A stretch of DNA of 64,000 nucleotides from assembly GCA_016867835.1 (NCBI GenBank), contig VGIQ01000001.1, positions 10,094 to 74,093 on the forward strand, given 5' to 3'. The notes under the pieces were generated by a model. It saw only the letters and a list, made by a program, of their open reading frames with translations. It was not told the origin of the DNA and did not search any database. Shown here in pieces: positions 18,739 through 27,189 of the stretch (the stretch's first letter is position 1; every line of letters begins with the position of its first letter). The stretch comes from Calditrichota bacterium. GTDB taxonomy: Bacteria > Electryoneota > AABM5-125-24 > Hatepunaeales > Hatepunaeaceae. The translations under genes were made by a program, and so were the position numbers.

Positions 18739-20025
18739 GTGTTTTCTCAATTCAAATCCTGGTATGAAGAACGGCACGCTTACGCTAAAGGGTGGAAGGC
18801 GCGCACCGGCGGCAAAGTGATGGGCTGCTTTTGCAGTTATGCCCCCGAGGAAATCCTCGTCGCGGCGAACTGGCTCCCGGCGCGCGTGTTAGGCGGTCAC
18901 CAGCCCCAGGACGTCGCCGAAAAATATATGTTCGGGATGTATTGTCCCTTTTCCCGCGACGTCCTGGCGCAAGGGCTTAAAGGGCGCTACGACTATCTCG
19001 ACGGCATCCTGCTGACGCAAAGTTGCATTCACCTGCGGCAGTCGTTCAACTCATGGCAGATGCACGTTCCGGTGCCGTTCAATTACTACATCTATATGCC
19101 GCAGAAGGTTCAGACGCCTCATGCAGTGCCCTATCACCGGAGCGAACTGGCGAAGTTTCGCGCGGCTCTGGAGGCCTACGACGGGACAACGCTAAGTGAA
19201 GACGACCTGAACCGCGGCATCGCCGTCGTCAACGAGAACCGCCGCTTGATGCGCGAAGTCTATGAGTTTCGCAAAGGCGACAGCCCCAAGGTGACCGGCA
19301 CCGAAGCGATGTGGATGACCACCTCGAGCATGTGGGTTGATAAGGAGGAACATTCCGCCGAACTGCGGCGGGTGCTGAAGGAACTGCCCAACCGAAGCCT
19401 TACCCGCCAGACCGGGGCGAAATTGATGATCATCGGCTCGGAGAACGACGACATCCCGTTCATCGAGATGGTCGAAAAGGTCGGCGCGACGGTGGTGATG
19501 GACGAACACTGCACCGGGACGCGGTATTTTTGGAATCAATGTGAGGTTCCCCCCCTTCAATCCCCCCCGCTCAGCGGGGGGGAAGTGCGCGAGGATAAAT
19601 CCCCCCCGCTTAGCGGGAGGGAAGTGCGCGAGGATAAATCCCCTCCGCTTAGCGGGAGGGAAGTGCGCGAGGATAAATCCCCCCCGCTTAGCGGGGGGGA
19701 CGAGAAGGGGGGGCGCGACCTGATGACCGCGATCGCCCAGCGCTACATCGACCGCCCGACCTGCCCGGTGAAAGACTGGGAGGATCGCACCCGCTTCGAG
19801 CATATCCTGCGTCTGGCGCGGGAGTGGGAGGTGCAAGGCGCCATCATCATCCAGCAGAAGTTCTGCGACCCGCACGAGTGCGACATGGTGCCGCTAAGAG
19901 CCTTCCTGAACGAGCACGACATCCCGAACCTGATGCTCGAGTTCGACGCTACCACGCCGCTGGGGCCGTTTAGGATCAGGGTAGAAGCGTTCTTGGAGAT
20001 GATCGGGCAGGAGGAGTTGTTTTGA
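18739..20025 (+). CDS. 2-hydroxyacyl-CoA dehydratase / benzoyl-CoA reductase subunit family protein (HgdB/BcrB-like), carrying an in-frame 4x13-aa repeat insertion
   Basis: GTG start. Family-typical Cys-containing N-terminal region (GCFCSYAPEEIL ... LTQSCIHLRQS) and C-terminal FCDPHECD. 428 aa. Confidence 0.65.
   Translation: MFSQFKSWYEERHAYAKGWKARTGGKVMGCFCSYAPEEILVAANWLPARVLGGHQPQDVAEKYMFGMYCPFSRDVLAQGLKGRYDYLDGILLTQSCIHLRQSFNSWQMHVPVPFNYYIYMPQKVQTPHAVPYHRSELAKFRAALEAYDGTTLSEDDLNRGIAVVNENRRLMREVYEFRKGDSPKVTGTEAMWMTTSSMWVDKEEHSAELRRVLKELPNRSLTRQTGAKLMIIGSENDDIPFIEMVEKVGATVVMDEHCTGTRYFWNQCEVPPLQSPPLSGGEVREDKSPPLSGREVREDKSPPLSGREVREDKSPPLSGGDEKGGRDLMTAIAQRYIDRPTCPVKDWEDRTRFEHILRLAREWEVQGAIIIQQKFCDPHECDMVPLRAFLNEHDIPNLMLEFDATTPLGPFRIRVEAFLEMIGQEELF
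19552..19712 (+). repeat. 4 tandem copies of a 39-bp unit (AAGTGCGCGAGGATAAATCCCCCCCGCTTAGCGGGAGGG) inside the CDS, each containing a CCCCCGC-TTAG-GCGGG hairpin
   Basis: Translates in frame as SPPLSGGEVREDK / SPPLSGREVREDK x4. Copies differ at 1-2 positions. The hairpin core is identical to the intergenic repeats at 15070-15250. Confidence 0.8.
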
Positions 20026-20026
20026 A

Positions 20027-20068
20027 TGTAGAATGCAGAATGTAGAATGTAGAATGAGGAACGAGGGT
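20027..20068. repeat. short tandem repeat (GAATGTAGAAT)n
   Basis: gaatgtagaatgcagaatgtagaatgtagaatgaggaacgagg lies directly after the stop of the preceding gene. Confidence 0.6.
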
Positions 20069-20137
20069 TATTGCTTTGGAGGGGTATAGGTGTTATCTTT
20101 CAGAAAATCAGAATTTCTGAACGGTAGAGGGATTACA

Positions 20138-20407
20138 ATGAAAGTTCAACTACGTTCGAGACGCCAGATCACGCTTCCGGAAGAGGCGGTCAGCGAGTTG
20201 GGAATCAATGAGGGGGATGAGTTCATCGTGAAAGTCGAGGGCGATTCGCTGCGCCTGCTGCCGGTCGTTACCATTCCTCGGGATGAAGCCTATCTCTTCA
20301 CACCGGAATGGCAGAGGGCGCTTCAAACCGCCGAGAAGGAACTGCGCGAGGGCGAATACGAGACCTTCGCGAGCGTCGATGACCTGCTGAAGGACCTGAA
20401 CGACTGA
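20138..20407 (+). CDS. AbrB/MazE/SpoVT-family antitoxin
   Basis: MKVQLRSRRQITLPEEAVSELGINEGDEFIVKVEGDSLRLLPV is a swapped-hairpin AbrB-type motif. The ORF could start at 20090. Its stop overlaps the next start (ATGA). Confidence 0.6.
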   Translation: MKVQLRSRRQITLPEEAVSELGINEGDEFIVKVEGDSLRLLPVVTIPRDEAYLFTPEWQRALQTAEKELREGEYETFASVDDLLKDLND

Positions 20408-20673
20408 TGCAGATCATCCGGCTGAGTCAATTCAAGCGGATGTGGAAGAAACTGCCTGCGGACGTTCAGGCGAGGGCAGCGAAAGCGATCCGCCTGCTTG
20501 CCGCCGACCGGTCGCATCCGTCGCTTGGCTTGAAGCGGCTGCAACGGCTGCCTCAATACTTGGAGGTGCGCATCGACCGCGACCACCGGTTGATATGCCA
20601 GATGGGGAGCGAGGTTATCGTGCTGGTGGCGGTAGGGAGGCATGAGGTGTTGGGGAGGGTGAGGCAAAAGTGA
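20407..20673 (+). CDS. RelE/ParE-superfamily toxin (type II TA)
   Basis: 88-aa basic protein translationally coupled to the antitoxin. The pattern LPADVQARAAKAIRLLAAD ... YLEVRIDRDHRLI ... VLVAVGRHE resembles the RelE/ParE fold. Confidence 0.5.
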   Translation: MQIIRLSQFKRMWKKLPADVQARAAKAIRLLAADRSHPSLGLKRLQRLPQYLEVRIDRDHRLICQMGSEVIVLVAVGRHEVLGRVRQK

Positions 20674-20737
20674 AGCTAAACATCATCATTCCTTCGGAAG
20701 ATGGAATTCAGATCTACATTTCTTTGTAAAAACAGGA

Positions 20738-21742
20738 ATGAAGGCACTTTATTCAAATTGCATTTTCTGCGGCTGCGACTTAGACGAGACCAATAGATCT
20801 CGCGAGCATATCGTTCCACAGATCATAATGGGATCATTCATCAGTCAAGATGTCTGCAGATGCTGTAACAGCAAATTGAGCGAGGCGGATAAGCTTATAC
20901 TGAATGATCCACGGATTATTCAAGCTATAAACTGTCTTGAACTTTCTGATATTCAAAATAACATCCTGAGAATAGGTGAAACCATAGGAACAGATACACA
21001 GGATGGCGCCGAAAGAAGGTTTCATATGAAGGATGGGCACCCTATACTTATTCCCAAGCCATCTTTTACGGGTGAAAGAGTCGCGGATATAGATAACACC
21101 TTGCCTCTACTGCGCACATTGTTATCCAGAGACAAGGAGCTGAATTGGCCAAACGAAAAGGCAGGCCGATACATCGGTGAAATCGTAACGCCAGAATTTC
21201 TCAAACTCAAGCCGCATGAGAGTATCGATCTTCGAGAAGCGGGATACTCAATCGAAATGAGGCAGATTGGAAACATAGAGACACATTTTCCTGCCATTTC
21301 GTTTCAAGATCATAGATTGATCGCTAAAATAATATACGAGATCAGTTTCTATCTGCTTTCGCCCGAGATCGCTGAGTCAGCGATGAAAGATCTTGACTAT
21401 TATAGAGATGTAGCTTACGGAAGTATTGAAAGAGAAGAAGGCAGATTGTTTACAAGATCGGTGGAGCTTCTTAACGAACCCAACTATCTTCATAGGATTC
21501 AGATCTCATTCTCTGCCTCAAGCTTTCTTACGGTTGACATCGACCTCTTTGCAAGTGTAAACTATCACGCTATCATCAGAACTGATAGAACCTATCCGCT
21601 GCCAATTCTAAATTCCCGGCAGGTTACCGCTGTCGGGTTGGGGATGACCTTTAACGATACATCGAATAGACACTTTGCGATAAGGTACTTCAATGATGCA
21701 GATTGGGCGGTCGAAAGATTCGATGACGGAGAAGAACAGTGA
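20738..21742 (+). CDS. HNH-endonuclease-domain protein with ~270-aa uncharacterised C-terminal region
   Basis: CIFCGCDLDETNRSREHIVPQ ... CRCCNSKLSE is the HNH motif (CxxC, catalytic His in EHIVP, second CxxC). 334 aa. The region is markedly AT-richer than the window. Confidence 0.65.
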   Translation: MKALYSNCIFCGCDLDETNRSREHIVPQIIMGSFISQDVCRCCNSKLSEADKLILNDPRIIQAINCLELSDIQNNILRIGETIGTDTQDGAERRFHMKDGHPILIPKPSFTGERVADIDNTLPLLRTLLSRDKELNWPNEKAGRYIGEIVTPEFLKLKPHESIDLREAGYSIEMRQIGNIETHFPAISFQDHRLIAKIIYEISFYLLSPEIAESAMKDLDYYRDVAYGSIEREEGRLFTRSVELLNEPNYLHRIQISFSASSFLTVDIDLFASVNYHAIIRTDRTYPLPILNSRQVTAVGLGMTFNDTSNRHFAIRYFNDADWAVERFDDGEEQ

Positions 21743-22890
21743 CAATATCAACCCAAATGATCAATACTTGGACAGCTTCTTGGAAGCAACTGAGATACCT
21801 CGAGCGAGTGGGAGCATTACTTGCCATAGCAACTCTGACCGCCTCCTTATTTTATTGGGCGGGGAATGGATTCGCCGAGATACAAAATACACTTGGCTAC
21901 TATCCATCTGGAGTTGAAGAAGCGCTAGAGCAAAACCGCGAACTGGACCTAAAATATCCAACACGCCCGGGTCTAAGCAAGGATCTGGGAGAGGTTGCGG
22001 GAGTCTTGCTTTTCTTCATCGGAATTTGTCTAATCTTGTCATTGATTGATGCAGCCGTGAAATTGCCAATCTTGGCGGGATTGTTGGTCGCCCCAATATC
22101 TTTCCTATCGGGCAAGGGAACCACACATGAATACCTCATTCTATCCTTGCTCAACAATAACGCTATTGGTGGCAGAGGCGTGCTTTCACTTATCATGATA
22201 ACGCTTTCCGGAGTATTTGCGATGAGGGCTTTTCGGAAATCTTGGAGATTAAATTTCTCATTGCTAACTGCACTTGGAGTATTCGCGTCTTGGATAGGTA
22301 ATTTCATGGGTCAAGAATACAGCTATCGCGCCGGTATTTTGACGGCAGCTGCTGGAATTCTCCTTATCATAGCGCCAAAATCACTTAGGGATTCTTGTCT
22401 GACTTCCATCGAAGTGACTGGCGAAATATCTAAAGGTAGGCTTGACAGCTTGATTCAAAAAGCCACATTGTCTACCAGAATATTTGGCATTGCCTATTCT
22501 ATTCTTGGGCTTATTCTTGTTCTGGGAGTTGCAGGAACTATGGGAGATGAGTTTCTACAAGGAATCAAGAGAGGGGCACCTGTTAGTGATTCAAGCGGAA
22601 TCTTAGTGCTGGCCGTCATTCAGATATTGATAGGGATAGCTTTGCTTATGCTCTCTTTGATATCATCTAATCCAGCAATGCGGCGTCGATATCAGTTTTC
22701 CATCATCATAGGGATCATCTGGATCTTATTGCCTTATGAGGCACTTGACTTGTTAGCCCGATTGACCGATCCCGGCTTAAATGCTTTTGTAAAACTGTTG
22801 ACGTCTATTGGAATGATTATTGTACTCAAGACCGCAATTAGAGCTCGGGACGCCATTTATATGAATGTCAGCAATTCCAAGGAAACATAA
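21739..22890 (+). CDS. polytopic membrane protein (about 8-10 predicted TM helices), unknown function
   Basis: GTG start overlapping the upstream stop (GTGA). Repeated hydrophobic helices (VGALLAIATLTASLFYW, VLLFFIGICLILSLI, LPILAGLLVAPISFL, ILLIIAP, IFGIAYSILGLILVLGVAG, ILVLAVIQILIGIALLMLSLI, IIIGIIWILLPY, IGMIIVL). Low GC. Confidence 0.6.
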   Translation: MTISTQMINTWTASWKQLRYLERVGALLAIATLTASLFYWAGNGFAEIQNTLGYYPSGVEEALEQNRELDLKYPTRPGLSKDLGEVAGVLLFFIGICLILSLIDAAVKLPILAGLLVAPISFLSGKGTTHEYLILSLLNNNAIGGRGVLSLIMITLSGVFAMRAFRKSWRLNFSLLTALGVFASWIGNFMGQEYSYRAGILTAAAGILLIIAPKSLRDSCLTSIEVTGEISKGRLDSLIQKATLSTRIFGIAYSILGLILVLGVAGTMGDEFLQGIKRGAPVSDSSGILVLAVIQILIGIALLMLSLISSNPAMRRRYQFSIIIGIIWILLPYEALDLLARLTDPGLNAFVKLLTSIGMIIVLKTAIRARDAIYMNVSNSKET

Positions 22891-22911
22891 TCCGCATCAT
22901 TCGGAATACTA

Positions 22912-24204
22912 ATGTCCACCTACCCCACCGAACCCCTGAAGTGCTGGGCTAAAGCCAAGGAACTTCGGGATAACTACTATCGCGACTACGCCACCGCCCA
23001 CGAGTGCGGCGGGTTGCGCTGGACCGGCGGCGCTTGGTCGTTCGACGCCATCCCCGCCGGGCTAGGGCGCGACGTCTGGCCCATCACCGGCGAGCCTTAC
23101 GGCGCGTCGATGGCCTTCAACAAGCCATTCAGCCAGCGCGCCCTCGAAGCCGCCGAAGCCAAGGGCTGGGCGCGCGATCTCTGCAGTTATATGCGCAACT
23201 ACTGGGGGTCGATGTATCTCGACGAGTTCAACTTCGGCGGGAAGTATCCGAAGCCCGACTTCGCCTTTCAGGATCATATCTGCTGCTCCCACGCCAAGTG
23301 GTATCAGCATGTCGCGGAATACAAGCAGATCCCCTACTTTTGTATCGACGTTTCGGTCGGTCCCTATCACCTGATCGACGACCACAAACTGAACTTCGTC
23401 GTCGGGCAGATGCACGAGTCGATTGACTTCCTCGAGCGCATCACCGGCCGCCGCTACGACGACGAACTGCTGATCGAAGCGGTGCAGAACGAGACGCGAG
23501 CCACCTCCGCCTGGGCCGAGGTCTGTGCCCTCAACAAGGCGATCCCGGCACCGCTCGACGAAAAGACGATGTATTCGCTCTACGTCCTCGGGACGCTCAA
23601 CAAGTCGAAGAAGGAGTTCGCCGACTTCTACGAGGAATTGCGGGACGAGGTTGCCGACCGCGTGGCGCGCGGCATCGCTGCCGTTCCGAGCGAGCGTTGC
23701 CGGCTGATGTCCGATACCCAGCCGCCGTGGGGCTTCTTGAAGATATTCCGCTACCTCGAAGGCTTCGGCGCGGTCTCGGTCGGGAGCCTTTACACCTTCG
23801 CCCTAATCGGCATCTGGGAAGAGAAGCCGGACGGCAGTTGGGGCGCGCGGACAACTCCGATGGCCCTCGGCTTGCCGATGGATACCCGCGATCAGGCGCT
23901 CCGGATACTGGCGGACTGGAACCTCTCCAAACCCGAATGGCAGCATTTCTATGACGCAAGTTTGAAGTCGAAGATGATGCTGCGGATCGTCAAGGAATGG
24001 AAACTCGACGGCGTCATGCTGCACCTGAATCGCGGCTGCGAAGGCCTCTCCTGCGGCATAATGGAAAACCGCCTCGCCATCGCCGAAGCCGGCGTGCCGG
24101 TGATGACCTTCGAAGGCAATATGGGCGACGAGCGGGAGTTCGACGAAGCGAAGACCAAAGACCGCATGGATGCGTTCATGGAGACGCTGGGACTTAGGAA
24201 TTAA
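22912..24204 (+). CDS. 2-hydroxyacyl-CoA dehydratase / benzoyl-CoA reductase subunit family protein (HgdA/BcrC-like)
   Basis: [23 protein letters not shown] and [10 protein letters not shown] are Cys-motif regions typical of the HGD-D family. 430 aa. Confidence 0.65.
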   Translation: MSTYPTEPLKCWAKAKELRDNYYRDYATAHECGGLRWTGGAWSFDAIPAGLGRDVWPITGEPYGASMAFNKPFSQRALEAAEAKGWARDLCSYMRNYWGSMYLDEFNFGGKYPKPDFAFQDHICCSHAKWYQHVAEYKQIPYFCIDVSVGPYHLIDDHKLNFVVGQMHESIDFLERITGRRYDDELLIEAVQNETRATSAWAEVCALNKAIPAPLDEKTMYSLYVLGTLNKSKKEFADFYEELRDEVADRVARGIAAVPSERCRLMSDTQPPWGFLKIFRYLEGFGAVSVGSLYTFALIGIWEEKPDGSWGARTTPMALGLPMDTRDQALRILADWNLSKPEWQHFYDASLKSKMMLRIVKEWKLDGVMLHLNRGCEGLSCGIMENRLAIAEAGVPVMTFEGNMGDEREFDEAKTKDRMDAFMETLGLRN

Positions 24205-24270
24205 CCACAAAGAACACAAAGATCACAAAGATATCCTGGTGCTCTTGGTGTGCTTTGTGGTGAGAATAAT
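24202..24270. repeat. palindromic gene-junction repeat, copy 5
   Basis: AATTAACCACAAAGAACACAAAGATCACAAAGA tatcc TGGTGCTCTTGGTGTGCTTTGTGGTGAG. Confidence 0.65.
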
Positions 24271-24286
24271 CATTAGGGATAGATAA

Positions 24287-25084
24287 TTGATTACAGCCGG
24301 ACTTGACCTGGGGTCGAAGACCACCAAGGTCGTCATCCTGCGCGACGGCGAAGTGCTGGCTCGCGTGAAGCGGTTTTCGGGGTTCGAACAAGAGGTCGTC
24401 GCGGCTGAAGCCTTGCGGGAAGCCTGCGCCCTCGCTGGCATCGCCGAGAGCGAACTGTCCCGTATCGCGGCAACCGGAGCCGGCCGCCGGGTAGCGCCAT
24501 TCGCGCAGGATCTCCTGACCGAGGTAGGCGCCGCGGCGCGGGGCGCCATCGCTCGCAACGACGCAGTGCGCACTGTGCTCGACGTTGGAGCCGAGGAAGG
24601 ACGCGCCATTCTGGTCAATCCCGACGGCCGGGTGAAGGACTTTGCGGTCAATGAGAAGTGCGCCGCCGGAGCGGGCACGTTTATCGAGTCGATGTCGCGC
24701 GCCCTCGAAGTGAAACTCGAGGAGTTCGGCCCGCTCGCGCTGACTTCGCAGCAGGCGGTGCCGATGAATGCCCAATGCGCAGTATTCGCCGAGAGCGAGG
24801 TGGTATCGCTGCTCCACGCCCGGACGCCGAAGCAGGACATCGCTCGCGCAGTGCTCGACGCCATCGCCAGCCGCATCGTCTCGATGGCCCGGCGAGTCAG
24901 CATCACACCGGCGGTCGTGCTAATGGGAGGGATGGCTCACAATACCGGCTTCATTGTATCGCTGAAGCGGACGCTCGAGATGGAGATCGAAATCCTATCC
25001 GATCCTGAGTTTGTCCCGGCCGAGGGAGCCGCGTTCCACGCCGCCGAGCGCTTTGCCGAAGCCGAAGTGCCGGCGGTGGCGTAG
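24287..25084 (+). CDS. BadF/BadG/BcrA/BcrD-type ATPase (dehydratase activator / reductase ATP-binding subunit), copy 1
   Basis: MITAGLDLGSKTTKVVIL is the acetate/sugar-kinase-fold N-terminus. NEKCAAGAGTFIE is the [4Fe-4S]-bridging Cys region. 265 aa. Non-ATG (TTG) start. Confidence 0.75.
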   Translation: MITAGLDLGSKTTKVVILRDGEVLARVKRFSGFEQEVVAAEALREACALAGIAESELSRIAATGAGRRVAPFAQDLLTEVGAAARGAIARNDAVRTVLDVGAEEGRAILVNPDGRVKDFAVNEKCAAGAGTFIESMSRALEVKLEEFGPLALTSQQAVPMNAQCAVFAESEVVSLLHARTPKQDIARAVLDAIASRIVSMARRVSITPAVVLMGGMAHNTGFIVSLKRTLEMEIEILSDPEFVPAEGAAFHAAERFAEAEVPAVA

Positions 25085-25085
25085 G

Positions 25086-25135
25086 AAGTAAGCGGGTAGG
25101 CGAGTAAGCGGGTAAGCGGGTAAGTGAACAGGCGG
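25086..25135. repeat. short tandem repeat (GTAAGCGG / GTAAGCGAG)n
   Basis: gtaagcgggtaggcgagtaagcgggtaagcgggtaagtgaac. An inverted copy of the motif lies at 25530-25550 (cttactcgcttactc). Confidence 0.6.
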
Positions 25136-25144
25136 GAGTAGAAA

Positions 25145-25521
25145 ATGGGGACGGTCTTCAGGAAGGTGGAGGATATAGAGGTCTGGAAGCGGGCATGCAG
25201 GCTTGCGGTCGATCTCTATTCCCTCTGCGATCAGGAGCCGCTCGCCAAGGATTGGGGGCTTCGAGATCAGTTGCGGCGTGCGGCAGTTTCCATTGCATCG
25301 AACATCGCGGAGGGATATGAGCGAAACTCGCAAGCGGAATTCAGGAGATATCTCTTGATCGCCAAAGGTTCCTGCGTGAATTGAAGACGCAACACTACAT
25401 CCTGCAGGCATCCGGTAAGATTAGCGAGGCAGATTTGACAACCCTGATCGAACGCTGCATAGAACTATCTCAGATGATCGGCAGCCTCGCCTCCGCCATT
25501 CGCAAACAACATCTTGCATAA
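25145..25521 (+). pseudogene. four-helix-bundle (23S rRNA intervening-sequence-type) protein gene with a -1 frameshift
   Basis: The ORF ends ...[16 protein letters not shown]. The conserved continuation [43 protein letters not shown] is in the next frame (shift at about 25375-25381). Confidence 0.5.
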
Positions 25522-25568
25522 TAACTAACGCTTACTCGCTTACTCATTCAAATCAACAACAGTCCGCA

Positions 25569-26459
25569 TTGGAGGAGTCAGCAATGTCAGTCGAATACTG
25601 GCGGTGGAAGGAATACAACTGGCGCAACGAAGCGGTCGATCCGCGCGGCGGAGGCATCCTCTCCGGAGGCGTCGATGTCGGATCGGTCTCATCGCAGGCG
25701 GTGGTGCTCTACGAAGGCAATCTCTACGCCTACAGCAATATGCGCACCGGCTCCGACTCGCCTGACAGCGCCCGCAAGGCGTTCGAGTGGGCGCTCGAAG
25801 GCACGGGACTGCAGGTTGGCGATATCCCCTTCATTGTCGGCACCGGTTACGGGCGGGTCAATGTGCCGTTTGCTCATAAAGCCATCACCGAGATTGCCTG
25901 TCATGCCCGCGGTGCCAATTATATGTATGGCCCGGCTGTCCGGACGCTGCTCGATATGGGCGGGCAGGACTGCAAGGCGATCCGCTGCGACGAACGGGGC
26001 AAGGTGACGAACTTCCTGATGAACGACAAGTGCGCTGCCGGGACCGGACGCGGGATGGAAGTCTTTGCCGATTTACTCGCAATCCCCATTGAGCAGGTCG
26101 GCGAAATGTCGTTCCAGGTCGAGAGCGAGCCGACGCCGGTCTCTTCGACCTGTGTCGTCTTCGCCAAGACCGAAGCCGCCGGGCTGCTCCGGTCCGGCTG
26201 GCCGAAGAACCTTGTCCTCGCGGCCTACTGCTCGGCGATGGCGCATCGCGTCGTTTCGCTGATCGAGCGGCTCGGTATGGAAGGCGGGTTCGCGATCACC
26301 GGCGGCATTGCCAAGAACAGCGGCGTCGTCCGGCGCCTCGAAAAGGAACTCGGCGTTACCTCGATGACCAGTTCCTACGACACTCAGATCGCGGGTGCGC
26401 TCGGCGCGGCACTATTTGCGAAGGCGCTGCTTGAGAAGGGCTTGGGGCTCAAGGCTTAG
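25569..26459 (+). CDS. BadF/BadG/BcrA/BcrD-type ATPase, copy 2 (distinct paralogue)
   Basis: GVDVGSVSSQAVVL and NDKCAAGTGRGME. 296 aa. The likely start is ATG at 25584 (MSVEYW). Confidence 0.75.
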   Translation: MEESAMSVEYWRWKEYNWRNEAVDPRGGGILSGGVDVGSVSSQAVVLYEGNLYAYSNMRTGSDSPDSARKAFEWALEGTGLQVGDIPFIVGTGYGRVNVPFAHKAITEIACHARGANYMYGPAVRTLLDMGGQDCKAIRCDERGKVTNFLMNDKCAAGTGRGMEVFADLLAIPIEQVGEMSFQVESEPTPVSSTCVVFAKTEAAGLLRSGWPKNLVLAAYCSAMAHRVVSLIERLGMEGGFAITGGIAKNSGVVRRLEKELGVTSMTSSYDTQIAGALGAALFAKALLEKGLGLKA

Positions 26460-26484
26460 GGCTCAAGATCACTCAAGGGGTGAG

Positions 26485-26870
26485 ATGATGTCAAGGGACT
26501 ACCGGAAACTTCGGGTATTTCGATCGGCGCAAAGTCTTGCCCTTATGGTCTATGAATCGACCAGACTATTTCCAAATGAAGAGTTGTTCGGAGCAACGAA
26601 CCAATTGCGCCGGGCAGCGCTATCAGTTCCAACTAACTCCGTTGAGGGCTCTCATCGCACCAGTCGCGGAGATTGCTTGAGATTCCTCGACGTTGCGATG
26701 GGGTCGCTTGCAGAAACTGGATACCTGATCGACTTCGCTGCCAGTCTCGGCCATTTGCCGCAAGACAAACGGGACAATCTGCTTGCCCAATAGACTGAAT
26801 GCGCCCAACTCCTCGGCGCGCTTATCAATTCACACCGCAGGGCGAATGATTCCAAAATTCTTAAGCCCTG
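26485..26870 (+). pseudogene. second four-helix-bundle (IVS-type) protein gene, interrupted by an in-frame TAG at 26791-26793
   Basis: MMSRDYRKLRVFRSAQSLALMVYE ... NSVEGSHRTSRGDCLRFLDVAMGSLAETGYLIDFA is the family core. The reading frame continues after the TAG (TECAQLLGALIN...) as the expected C-terminal helix. Confidence 0.45.
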
Positions 26871-26905
26871 AACCTTAAGCCTTAAGCCCTAAGCCATGAG
26901 CCTAA
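26860..26905. repeat. short tandem repeat (CTTAAGCC)n
   Basis: cttaagccctgaaccttaagccttaagccctaagccatgagcc. Confidence 0.6.
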
Positions 26906-26906
26906 T

Positions 26907-27188
26907 ATGATCGCCAACTACGGCTACACCGATGGATCGGGCAGTTACTACATCACTATCGACACCGACCGATGTGCCACCTGCGCCGAACACTCCTGCA
27001 CCCAAGCCTGTCCGGTTGGGATGTTCGTCGTCGAGCCGGACGACTATGACGATGACGTCGCCTCGATAGGCACCACCTTCCGGCACAACATCAAGTATGC
27101 CTGCGCACCCTGCAAGCCGGTAGCAAATCGGCCGCCGCTGCCTTGCGCAGCGGCTTGCAAAGCCGGCGCAATAAGCCACTCGTGGTAG
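26907..27188 (+). CDS. ferredoxin-like Cys-rich protein (8 Cys; probable 2x[4Fe-4S])
   Basis: CATCAEHSCTQACP plus CAPC ... CAAAC. 93 aa. Sits directly upstream of a ferredoxin-oxidoreductase-like gene. Confidence 0.55.
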   Translation: MIANYGYTDGSGSYYITIDTDRCATCAEHSCTQACPVGMFVVEPDDYDDDVASIGTTFRHNIKYACAPCKPVANRPPLPCAAACKAGAISHSW

Positions 27189-27189
27189 T

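Noticed and set aside
19192-19875. 227-aa minus-strand ORF with repeated PPAKRGGFILAHF units
   Set aside because: It is the antisense reading of the 4x39-bp tandem repeat inside the HgdB-like gene. Shadow ORF.
14262-24262. Sigma-54-like GG-N10-GC spacing inside the right halves of the palindromic junction repeats (for example TGGTGTTCTTTGTGC)
   Set aside because: Only the GG/GC dinucleotides match. Flanking consensus positions (TGGCAC, TTGCW) do not. It is inconsistent among copies, so it is more likely a coincidence of the repeat sequence.
24223-24906. 227-aa Ala/Ser/Thr-rich minus-strand ORF
   Set aside because: Antisense to the well-supported ATPase gene 24287..25084. Low-complexity composition typical of high-GC shadow frames.
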